From an uncultured Parachlamydiaceae bacterium (GTDB lineage: Bacteria > Chlamydiota > Chlamydiia > Chlamydiales > Parachlamydiaceae): a stretch of 64,000 nt of DNA. Position 1 is the first letter of the stretch. Each line of letters begins with the position of its first letter. The notes beneath the pieces are model-generated. The model was not told the origin of the DNA. It did no database searches and worked only from the letters and a program-made list of their open reading frames with translations. Below are positions 10,037 through 20,500 of the stretch, one piece after another. The position numbers and the translations under genes were made by a program. The stretch covers positions 64,001 through 128,000 of the forward strand of contig CAVVXH010000010.1 in assembly GCA_963752155.1 (NCBI GenBank). Reading direction: 5' to 3'.

Positions 10037-10942
10037 TTACCATCCTCGTTGAGCAAGCAATTCTTCTCTTCCAAGGTGTTGGATGTCGATCCCTTTCATA
10101 GCATCGAGGAGTCCCATGGAAATTTTTGCAAGCATTTCAGGATCGTTATAATAGGTGACTGCTGCGACGATCGCCTTGGCTCTTTTCACAGGGTCTGCGG
10201 ATTTAAATATGCCGGAGCCAACAAAGATACTTTCAGCTCCAAGTTGCATCATGAGAGCTGCATCAGCAGGAGTCGCGATCCCTCCGGCTGCAAAATTTGG
10301 TACGGGGAGTCGGCCGCTTTTGGCTATTAGCACAACAAGTTCGTAAGGAGCACCCATTCGCTTAGCTTCTGCCATTAATTCTGAGTGATCGAGAGAAGCA
10401 AGACGTCGGATATCGCGATTGATTGCGCGCATATGACGCACTGCTTCGACAACATTTCCTGTTCCGGCTTCTCCTTTGGTGCGGATCATCGCAGCGCCTT
10501 CACCAATGCGTCGTAAAGCCTCTCCTAGGTCACGGGCTCCGCATACAAACGGAATGCTGAATTGGTGTTTAGAGATATGATTTTCTTCATCTGCCGGGGT
10601 GAGGACTTCGCTTTCATCGATAAAATCGACAAATAGCGCTTCGAGGATTTGAGCTTCAACAAAGTGACCTATGCGACATTTTGCCATCACAGGAATAGAC
10701 ACAGCCTCTTGAATAGTTTGAATGAGCTCAGGATTAGACATCCGTGCCATCCCGCCTTCTGAGCGAATATCTGAAGGAATCCTTTCAAGAGCCATCACGG
10801 CAGCAGCGCCTGCCTCTTCTGCGATTTTAGCTTGATCTGCATTGGTGACATCCATGATCACGCCACCTTTAAGCATCTCTGCAAGACCGATTTTGACTTC
10901 GAAAGATCCCTTTTCAATGAGATGTTTGGTTTTATGTTGCAT
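10037..10942 (-). CDS. pdxS: PLP synthase subunit
   Basis: Motifs [29 protein letters not shown] and [13 protein letters not shown]. Confidence 0.97.
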   Translation of the reverse strand: MQHKTKHLIEKGSFEVKIGLAEMLKGGVIMDVTNADQAKIAEEAGAAAVMALERIPSDIRSEGGMARMSNPELIQTIQEAVSIPVMAKCRIGHFVEAQILEALFVDFIDESEVLTPADEENHISKHQFSIPFVCGARDLGEALRRIGEGAAMIRTKGEAGTGNVVEAVRHMRAINRDIRRLASLDHSELMAEAKRMGAPYELVVLIAKSGRLPVPNFAAGGIATPADAALMMQLGAESIFVGSGIFKSADPVKRAKAIVAAVTYYNDPEMLAKISMGLLDAMKGIDIQHLGREELLAQRGW

Positions 10943-10960
10943 CGACTTTCCTTTATAGTG

Positions 10961-12150
10961 CTATCTGAAGTTTTTATTTTCAGCCATTTTACTTTTTACA
11001 AGAGATCTTAGAGCGTCTGCGCGATCTGTTTTTTCCCAAGTAAATTCAGATTCATGACGTCCAAAATGTCCTCCAAACGCAGTCTTTTGATATATTCGGA
11101 CGACAAAGATCTAACATTTTAAGAATACCGCCAGGAGAGAGATCAAAAAGTTCTAAGATAGCAGCTGACAAATATTGATCTGGAAACTGTCCAGTTCCAA
11201 AAGTGTCAATTTTAATTGAGATAGGCTGGGACATCCCAATCGCATAAGAAACTTGAATTTCACAACGGGAGGCTAATTTAGCGGCTACAACGTTTTTAGC
11301 AACATAACGTGCGGCGTAACTTGCAGAACGGTCCACTTTAGTTGGATCTTTTCCGGAGAAAGCTCCTCCGCCGTGACGTCCCATGCCTCCATATGTGTCT
11401 ACAATGATTTTTCTGCCCGTCAGTCCGCAATCAGCTGCCGGACCACCAATGGTAAAACGACCTGTTGGATTAATATAAAAAAGAGTTTTATCGTCGATGA
11501 GTTCTTGAGGAACAACATTTTTTACCAATCGAATCATATCTTCATGCAAGACTTTTTGGTCGATATCGTCTGAGTGTTGAGCAGATAAAACAACAGTATG
11601 CACTCGTAAAGGGCGGTGGTCTGCGCTGTACTCGATTGTGATTTGGGTTTTAGCATCTGGACCTAAATAGGGTAGAGTCTTTGCTCTTCTGACATTGTCC
11701 AATTCTCTGACGATTTGATGTGAAAGCATAATCGGTAAAGGCATGAGCTCCGGGGTATCTTCACATGCAAAACCAAACATCAGTCCCTGATCGCCTGCGC
11801 CCAATTCCTTTGAATCGCTAGCTCTTTCGTCAACTCCTAAGGAAATATCGGGGATTGTTTATTAATCGAGACATGATTCCGCATGAGCGGCAATCTAAAC
11901 CTAAGCGAGCATCCGTATAGCCTATATGTTCGAGCGTTTGACGCACAATAGCCTGGAAATTTAAATGAGCTTTGGTAGTAATCTCTCCGGCGACAATGAT
12001 GACCCCCGGACAAACAAGGACTTCGCAGGCAACTCTAGAAAGAGGGTCGTCAGTTAGAGCTGCATCTACAACTGCATCGGATATTTGGTCGGCAACTTTA
12101 TCCGGATGTCCAATGGCGACAGATTCGGAAGTAAATAAATATGTAGGCAT
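10961..12150 (-). CDS. metK: S-adenosylmethionine synthetase, interrupted by two frameshifts (~11845 and ~11097)
   Basis: [19 protein letters not shown] and [16 protein letters not shown] occur in successive frames. The shifted C-terminus reads [12 protein letters not shown]...FTWEKTD to TAG at 10961. Confidence 0.9.
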
Positions 12151-12259
12151 TATCAATTAACCATGGTGCAGATTTAATGGTATAAGCAAATATAGGCTGA
12201 TGTTAGTGGAACTTAATATATGTTGCAATAGGAAAAAAGTAAGGACAATAATTTCTGTA

Positions 12260-12415
12260 GACAGCAAGGACGGCAAGGACAGCAAGGACAACAAGGACAA
12301 CAAGGACAACAGAGATGACATGAAAGATAATTCAAAAATTTATGAGGACGGATCTATGTCGTTGCCTTGTTGTCCTTTTTGTCCTTTTCGTCCTTTTCGT
12401 CCTTGCCGTCCTTGC
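12260..12415. repeat. Palindromic element built of 9-nt tandem units (aaggacaac / gttgtcctt)
   Basis: Five to six aaggacNNc units on the left arm, reverse-complement units on the right arm, and an AT-rich spacer. Confidence 0.85.
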
Positions 12416-12418
12416 AAC

Positions 12419-13130
12419 TTATTTCTGTAGAGCTTGGTTTCTCTTATTTGCCATTTTCTCAGCAGCTATCTTAACAGCTAAGTTTTTATCAGAAATGGCA
12501 CACTTAGTGGTTCCTTTGCATTTTCCTTTTCCGGCACAGTCATTTGTTTCAGTTTTGCAAGCATTTTCTCCACTGCAGCTGTTTGTTCCACCGCAACGTT
12601 GGCTAGCTAATTTTCTAGCTAATTCTTGCCCTTCTGGAGATAGCTTTTTGTATTGTTTAATCCCTTCACTATTGAGTTGCAGAAGAAGGTCTCCTTCCGA
12701 CATCAAATGGTATCCAAGATTCCCGGCATTTGCATCGGTATTCGCTGTAATCTACTTTTGAAGGATCTTCAAGAGTTGATTTTTCGTCTAAGTCGCGCGC
12801 AGCTACTGCATGATTTAGTTCCACATTTGGAAGCCACTGAATTGCATTTGCTTCCACATTTGGAAGCCACTGAATTGATTTACTCCACATTTGGAAGCCA
12901 CTGAATTGCATTTACTCCCACATTTCGAAGCTATGAATTGCATTTCCCCAATTCGAAGCTACGGTTGCATTTGCTTCCGCAACTACACGCAAAAGCTTCG
13001 AACGAAAGTTTGTTAGATTTTCTAATGTAAGAATCGTTTTTTCGTTTCCAAAAGCAGCAGAAGGTGTGCTAAGAAGAAATCCATTAGTTAAACCTAGGAG
13101 GGCTAATTGTTTTATGTTTGTTTTTTTCAT
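12419..13130 (-). CDS. Secreted Cys-rich repeat protein with C-terminal BufA2-like six-Cys domain (frameshifted in this sequence)
   Basis: RBS plus signal-like MKKTNIKQLALLGLTNGFLL. 33-nt repeats encode SVASKCGSKCN. The C-terminus is CGGTNSCSGENACKTETNDCAGKGKCKGTTKC. Reconstructed from ORFs 12912-13130, 12669-12911 and 12419-12706. Confidence 0.75.
12819..12990 (-). repeat. Coding tandem repeat, ~33-nt unit (ttcagtggcttccaaatgtggaagcaaatgcaa), about 5 copies
   Basis: ccacatttggaagccactgaattg occurs three times exactly on the + strand, plus two degenerate copies. Confidence 0.85.
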
Positions 13131-13214
13131 AAAATATGTCCTTTTATAGATTTGTTTAAATTATCAAAAAGATGGTCATACTTTGGAATATAAAGTTCCA
13201 AATATAACCATTCG

Positions 13215-14253
13215 TTATATTATTGAGGTAATGTTATTATTGAGAGTGCTATTTCGTTTTTCAGCCATTTTTCTTGAGCTACTTTGACAGCTGTGTTTTT
13301 ATCTGTAAAAGGACCTGGAGACTTACCTTTGCAGCCATTTTTACCAGCGCAAGAGTTTTCAGCATTTTTGCAAGATCCTAGACCTTTACAATCATTTTTA
13401 CCTTTACAATCTTGATTAGCAAGCTTAATAGCCAAAGCTTTACCTTCAGGTGTTAGAGAATGGAATCTGGCTTTTCCTTGTGCGTTTAGTTGAGATGATA
13501 GATTTTTATCATCTATATAAACTTTTGCTGTTCGTGGAGTTGTTATAGTCTCATTTTCAGCCACAAGTTTGTTTTTGTTACCTTCAGTAGTGATTTAGGA
13601 TTTACATCATTGTAAGGGTTGTTTGCTGGAGCATCAGCATAATAAAATCTATCTTCGTTATTTTGAGTAGGTTTTGAAGCTCCACAACTTTGCGCAGTTG
13701 ACTGATTATTGAAACTGGAATCTCTGAATTCTTTAGAAGCTCCACAACTTTGTGCAGTTGCTGGATTATTGAATCCTTCGGATTTACCACCACATCCTTG
13801 AGATATTTGTTGACCTTTTCCAGATCCACGTTCTCCACCTTGAGCACAGGATTGGGTTGGTGATCCATCAGAACGCATTCCACCACCACTACAGCTTTGT
13901 GAGATGAATTGACCAGAGCCAGATCCACGTTGTCCTTCGGATTGATTTGGTGACCCATCAGAACGCATGTCAGATCTACCAGCACATCCTGTAGATATTT
14001 GTTGACCTCTTCCAGATCCGCGTTCTCCACCCTGAGCACAGGATTGAGTTGGTGATCCATCAGAACGCATATCAGATCTGCCAGCACATCCTGTAGATAT
14101 TTGTTGACCTTGTGGAATGCTTGCTCCGCATCCAGCAGCTAAGATAGAGCCATAAGAACCATTTAGAGATGTGGCGTTGGCCTCTGCTCCTAAGAATAGT
14201 AGACCTCCGGTTAATCCCATTAAAGCAAGCTTTTTAAATTTGTTGTCTTCCAT
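13215..14253 (-). CDS. Secreted Cys/Gly/Ser/Gln-rich repeat protein with C-terminal BufA2-like Cys domain (paralogue of 12419-13130, frameshifted)
   Basis: RBS gaggaaaatt-ATG and signal-like MEDNKFKKLALMGLTGGLLFLGAEANA. Nine (G/S)C(G/A/S) motifs, then QDCKGKNDCKGLGSCKNAENSCAGKNGCKG. Adding one A in the run near 13270 restores KMAEKRN, matching the paralogue's KMANKRN. Confidence 0.8.
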
Positions 14254-14445
14254 AATTTTCCTCAAACTTTTTTTTTTGATTCTGAGTTCTCGGCAGCCCA
14301 CTATATCCGCAGAGACTTCTTCTATTTTTGGGGTAACATACTTTCTATTTATGACTCAAGTTTTTTTTATGATGATATTTTGTTATCAGGCGTTTGCGTG
14401 CTTTGGACATGGTTACAAAAATTCTTTGTCCATTACAACGGCATG

Positions 14446-14528
14446 GGCGAAAATAGCCATTTTTTTCCGGTTTTCGCCAAGTATATGTCTATACCTGGCG
14501 AAAATTGCTATTTTTATCGTGTTTTCGC
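14446..14528. promoter_or_regulatory. Two tandem palindromes GGCGAAAA-N17-TTTTCGC(C)
   Basis: Arms at 14446-14453/14471-14478 and 14497-14504/14522-14528. Confidence 0.45.
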
Positions 14529-14568
14529 GGCTATCTGGAATTGATTTTTTGAGTGATTGGGTATACAA

Positions 14569-14876
14569 CTAGGGATGAGGTGTTATGGCAAGAATTGTTA
14601 TTACTTTTTTACCGGGCCCATAATGCCAAAAAATTCTGTAAGCCCCTGGTGTTTTATTTTGAGCGTAGGATTCGAAAACTTCTTCCCCGTTCGGGCCCTC
14701 CATCTCATCATATTTATGAGTATTTAATGAAGGATGCTTGAGGTTTGTACTCATGAGCTTTAAACTTTTGAGAACCGCTTTTTTAGCTATTTTTTTCCAT
14801 TGTCAGAGGCTAAAGCCAACAAGTCATCTTCAGCATTTTCAGTATATTCAAGTTCAAATTCGTTAGTTTGCATCAT
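14569..14876 (-). CDS. RelE-like toxin (one frameshift in an A-run near 14795)
   Basis: Reconstructed MMQTNEFELEYTENAEDDL...LMSTNLKHPSLNTHKY...AYRIFWHYGP...ITILAITPHP. Its start overlaps the antitoxin stop. Confidence 0.7.
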
Positions 14877-15114
14877 TAAATATATCATCCAATTCTTCAG
14901 AGCTTATTACTCGACATTTTCTTTCTTTTGATTGCTGAATTGATTCTTTCAGCCTTTTTCTAAATCTTTCTTGCTTAAGTTCTTGAAGCCCTTTCAAAAT
15001 CATTTGATGAACGAAATCTTTTATTGATAATCTAGCTTTAACGCATTCTGTTTTTAATATTAAATGCTCATTTTCAGGTATATCAAAGCTCAATCTAACC
15101 ATGCTTTCTTTCAT
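14863..15114 (-). CDS. Putative ribbon-helix-helix-like antitoxin
   Basis: 83 aa, VRLSFDIPENEHLILKTEC...SIKDFV, acidic tail, directly upstream of the toxin. Confidence 0.6.
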   Translation of the reverse strand: MKESMVRLSFDIPENEHLILKTECVKARLSIKDFVHQMILKGLQELKQERFRKRLKESIQQSKERKCRVISSEELDDIFNDAN

Positions 15115-15188
15115 ATAACCTCCTCTCTATATCTTAAGTATACAACATAACATGTTTACATGCAAATATGAAGTTTTAGCGCAGATTT

Positions 15189-17279
15189 TCACGAAGGTAA
15201 ACGGTCACCATGGTCAATGAAAAGAGAGATTAACTCTAAATTTTCATTGTTTTTGGCCAGTTCTAAAGGCTTCATTCCATTGAATTGGATGTTTACGTCA
15301 GCTCCTTTTTTTAAGAGATCTCTGACGAGCGGAATCTGATCTTTGTTGAGCATATGACCTTCGCAAAGGCGATAAAGAGGCGTTTTGCCTTCAGCATCAA
15401 GGGCATTGATGTAGGCTCGTGCCTCAATTAAGGGAATAATAACGTTCCACATCTTCTTTGTGATGGCTAGGTGCAAAAGAGGAATGCCACTTGGGTGAGG
15501 GATCGTTGCATCCGCTCCTTTCTTTAATAGGACTATAGTATTTAGTGAGCTTTCTTTATCAATGGCTAAGTGCAGGGGAGTCTTTTTCTTAGAGTCTTTT
15601 GCATCTAAGTCTACGCCAGCTTCTATGAGAAGAGCAATACACTCAGTTGAACCCCCTTCAACAGCGCTATGGAGTGGGTAAGATGGAGGATCGTTATGAG
15701 GGGAGGCATTTGCTTCCAATAAGAGCCTAAGAATTTTTGAGTCGTGAAAATTTTGACAGGCGATGGTTAGTGGTTTAAGGCCTCGTGAGTTGGCTTTAGC
15801 AACATCTGCCCCGTGGCCCAATAATAAGCGTACAAAACCTTCATGGCCAAGTTGTGTTGCTATGCAGAGCGGAGGAGATAACTCGCCTAAGGTTAAATTT
15901 GGATCTGCTTTGTGTTGCAATAAAAGTTTCGCTATTTCAATCTGAAGATTTTCAGTTGCATTGATAAGAGCTCTTCCACCTTGATTTTTTACAAGCAGGG
16001 GTTAATTCTTTCGTAATTTTTAAATTTAAGTTAGGGGTAAAAAAAGAATTTAATATCTTATATGAATCAGAATAGGTTTCTTTATGTGAAAATAGATCAA
16101 ATAGTTCTTCTGTTGAAAGGGTGAACAGATTAAGCAAGGTTCCTTCATGGTCGAATACAGTTTTACCTTTAAGCCTTTTTGAAGGAATTTCTTTTTTTAT
16201 TCTAAAGTTATGAATGCAAAATTGATCTATTTCTTTATATAGGTTTATAATATGTCTTTTTGCTTCTTCAAAAGTATAACCTAGTTTCTTATTATCATCT
16301 TTTTTTCCATAACCATATTTTATAGCTCGCCGAATCAAAGCTTGATCTTTGTATTTGTTTCCGTCCTTATTTAACTGTGCAATCTTTCCTAAATCAGCTA
16401 TTTCTAGCCAGTTTGTAATTTCGTTGATAATACTATCGTCTAAATTTATTGCTTTTTCGGAAACCTGAGAAAATATTTTAGGGGGCGAGATAAGGATATC
16501 AATACGTTGTTCGATATTGACAGACAAATCAGCGATCTCGGCTTTTCGCATGTTGATCTGTTCTGCGAAGTACCATTTTGTAAATAGATTTAATTTTGCA
16601 GCATTTACCATATGAATTATTTTTGGTTTCTATTGCTGTTCGACTGAAAGCTAAGTTGTTTTTACTCTAGAAATATTTAAATAATAAGGATTATTGTTCA
16701 ATAAATTGTTGAAAGTGTTTAAGAATTCCTTTATGTTTTTTAACGTGCTTTTCGCAGATTCGAGGGGAGGGGTGAATAGCCCTTTGGGGTGTTCTGGGAG
16801 ATTAAAAAATTGATATAAATGAAATGGGTAAAGTAGGGTTTCTGGATTCGAATATTTTTGAGGAATCTGATTTTTGAAAAAAAACTTTTGAATACGATTT
16901 AGCTTGGCATATTTAGTGTTATAGCCTTTAACCATCACTTTTGCTTTTTCTTGAAAAAGCTCATAAAGTTTACTTTCAGACATTTTGGCAAAGGGATCAT
17001 CTTGTATTTCGGCTTTGTATCTAAGGTTACCATTAATGACTAAGTCAATATTATTTAAATTCAAGAGAGCAGATCCGCCGCCCGTTCCTAGCTTTGCAGA
17101 GGTTTCTCGGATATAAAATGTATTGTCTTCTGGTCTAAGGATCACATTAAAAAAATTATTTGCCTGTCTCATTATGCTTCTATTTTAAGTATTGTAAATT
17201 AGTTTGGCATACTTTGACAGTAGACCGCCTATTTAGGGCTATTTTATCAGGAAATGTAATAGATGTAAAGCTTGGTCAT
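15189..17279 (-). CDS. Ankyrin-repeat protein with F-box-like motif, putative effector (fragmented by frameshifts)
   Basis: Ankyrin repeats (PPLCIAT, YPLHSAV, TPLHLAI, TPLYRLC) in 15189-15920. F-box-like LDDSIINEITNWLEIADLGKIAQLNK in 15952-16611. RBS-ATG near 17279. Joining the pieces into one gene is inferred. Confidence 0.6.
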
Positions 17280-17302
17280 TTTAACTCCTAAATAATGAAA
17301 TC

Positions 17303-17427
17303 GACTAAGGGACGAAAGGACAACAAGGACAACAAGGACGACAAGCAAGGACATATAAAATAAACGGGAAATGGTACTATCTTACATTTTTGTTGCTTGT
17401 CCTTGCTTGTCGTCCTTGTTGTCCTTT
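17303..17427. repeat. Second copy of the aaggacaac-unit palindromic element
   Basis: aaggacaacaaggacaacaaggacgacaagcaaggac ... gtccttgcttgtcgtccttgttgtcctt. Confidence 0.85.
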
Positions 17428-17509
17428 TTTCCTATACTTTATACCCTAAAAATATAATACATATAGTATAATGAAATTAAAGGTTCATTCAAGTTATAAG
17501 GTTTAAACT

Positions 17510-20500
17510 ATGCCGTTTATAAAGGATTATGAGAACTTAATACTAATACAAGAAGGACGTCGAAATGTCATTTATACCGCATTTCGTAAAAAGATCGGAA
17601 GTTCCCGTAGTTCTTAAAGTCTTACGAATGTCGAATCCAACATTAGAGGATATAGCCCTGATTTATAATGAATTCGAGGTTAGTAAAGATCTTGTATTAT
17701 CAAATATAATTAAAACATATGGTTTGAGTAGAAGAGCCAGAATGTTATGCTCTAGTCCAAGAAAATATTCAGGGAACCTTTCATTAGCAAACTATTTAAA
17801 TCAATAGACCAATCAAAAATTTAACAGATTTCTACAAAATCGCTTTACAGATGATCGATGCAGTGATTGGAATCCATCGCAATAATATCATTCACAAAGA
17901 TATAAAGCCTAGTAATTTTATCATCGATGCCTACGACGATGATCGTTAAGCTTACAGATTTTAATTTTGCGGTGAAACTTTCTCATGAAATTCAAGAAGC
18001 TTTACCTCCTGAAAATTAATCGGAACCCTTGCTTATATGGCCCCAGAGCAAACAGGTCGCATGAACATGAACGTGGATTATCGCAGCGATTTCTATGCTC
18101 TTGGTGTGACATTCTATGAAATGCTTAGCCGGAGAACTTCCTTTTTATTCAACGGATCCGTTTGAATTAGTCCATTCCCATATTGCAGTATCAGCCCCTG
18201 ATGCTTCGGAACTCAATGTTGATATTCCCAAATCTTTAGCTAAATTGATACAAAAGCTCATGGCAAAAGACCCCTCCGAACGTTATCAAAGTGCTATTGG
18301 GATCAAGCAGGATCTTGAGGAATGCGCTAAAGGAGATGATAAAGTTATTTGCGTTAGGGCAAATGGATGTCCACGACACTTTAAATATCTCTCAAAAGAT
18401 GTATGGAAGGCAAGATGAAATTAAATTTCTTTTAACCGCCTATGATCGAGTCAGCCAGGGATCCACCGAAGCATTGATGGTCCATGGATATTCTGGCATT
18501 GGAAAAACGATGTTGATTAATGAAGTGCATAAACCCATGGTCAAGCATAAAGGGTATTTCATAAGCGGAAAATGTAGTCAAATGCAACATAACATTCCCT
18601 ATACAGCGATGACCCAAGCATTTAATCAATTGGTTCGGCTTATTTTGTCTGAACCGGAAGAACAGTTTGAAAAATTTAAAGAAGCAATCATCGATGCCCT
18701 TGGGGGCGTTGCACAAGTATTGATCGATTTAGTTCCCCAACTTGAACTTATCATAGGCCCTCAACCTCCTTTAGAAAAATTGCCGGCTCAAGAAACACAA
18801 AATCGGATGATGGTTTTTTTTAAACGCTTTATGGAGGTCGTAGCAACTAAAGAACATCCCTTAGTGATGTTCATCGATGATTTGCAATGGATTGACAATA
18901 GTTCTTTAAAACTCTTGGAATATATTATTACCGATGAGGACTTAAGTTACGTGTTGCTTATCGGAGCATATCGCGATAATGAAGTTGAAGGGCATCATCC
19001 TTTGCAACTTTTTTTAAAGGAAATGTCAGAACAAGAAAAAACCATTCATTCACTAAGATTAGGACCTTTGAAAGAAGCTGATTTTGAAGCTCTATTTAAA
19101 GATAGTTTTAATCGTGATGAAGAGTCCCTAAAACCATTGGTCGATCTCATCTACAAACTTACTGGAGGGAATTCTTTTTTCTGTAAGCAGGTAATTAACA
19201 CGTTATATAAAGAAGGTTTTTTATTTTTTGATTATGAAAAGAGTCGATGGGATTGGAATTTGGATGGGATTAAAACGTTAAAAATTTCGGATAATGTGGT
19301 TGATCTGATGTTAGGAAAATTAGGTGAATTACCCATTGAAACTCAGTCTTTATTAAAATATGGAGCTTGTTTAGGCAATTCATTCACTGTTGAAATGTTG
19401 ATGCTAGTGAGCAATCAATCGGCAAATGAAATTGCCAAAAATCTTTCTCCAGCATTCCAAAATGAATTGATCTTATTGCAAAAGCAAGGGATTAAATTTA
19501 CAAATGCAATTAGCTCAGATAAATTGGCTCATCAACTTTCAAGAAATACCGTTTATCAATTCATCCATGATCGAATTCAGCAGGCAGTAGATAAGAGTAT
19601 TCCATTAGATGAAAAACAGAAAATTCATCTAAGCATTGCTCGTTTACTTATTGAAAATGAACCAGAAGCTTCTGCCAAAGAATTGTTATTTGAAGTTGCA
19701 GATCATTTTAATGAAGCCCATGACTTATTAAGTGAAAAAGAGAAGTTCGATGTTGTCAATTTAAATTATAAAGCAGGTCTCAAAGCATTAGGTGCAAATG
19801 CTTACAGTTCGATGTCTAATTATCTTCGAGCTGCGCTCTCCCTGATTGATGCAAAGTGGTGGGATACACATTATGAGTTGATGTTTGGGTTGAATCGCAG
19901 CTATGCGCAAAGTCTTTATCTCACTGGAGAGGTTGGTAAAAGTGCTGAAATAACAGAAAATCTTTTACAGCTTGCTCAAAGCGCATTTGATAAAGCAGGC
20001 ATTTATCGTATTCAATGTTTACAACATCAAATGAGTGCTAATCTCCCTTTGGCAGTTGATGCTGGGTTGAAAGCCCTAGAACTTCTGGGTGTTAAGATCT
20101 CGGCTCAACCTTCGAAGCTGAACGTTTGGATGAAATTTATTCAAGTGAAGGGAGCTTTCTGGAAATATCATCTCGATACACTGGATAAAGAATTGAAGGT
20201 GATGACGGATAAGAATTGGCTCGCAGTTTTTCAGATTTTGAACGAGATATTTTATTCTGCTTATTCAGTGTCCGGAAATTTGTATACCTATTTGCTGTTG
20301 GTTGCGATGCACTTAATGCTGAAACATGGCAAACCTCCAAGCGCAGGGTTATGGGTCATAGGGTATGCCTTAGCGACATTGAATTTAACAAAAAATGTGA
20401 ACGATTGTTTTGCTTTGTGGGCTTGTGCAGAACGATTTATGGAGCAAGATAAGGATAAATATTCTTCTCCATATGGTTGTTGGGTGCGGGGATTTTTTTT

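Noticed and set aside
12200..12761. Plus-strand ORFs with DSKDNKDNK / CPFCPFRPF and VLFVLFVLAVLA
   Set aside because: These are translations of the 9-nt palindromic repeat and the antisense of the Cys-rich gene.
12819..12990. Possible CRISPR array (repeat period ~31-33 nt)
   Set aside because: Units are head-to-tail with no unique spacers, there are no cas genes, and the repeat lies inside a coding region.
13602..14087. 161-aa alternative-frame repeat ORF
   Set aside because: It is a shadow of the repeat in the frame that has the RBS, signal peptide and paralogous C-terminus.
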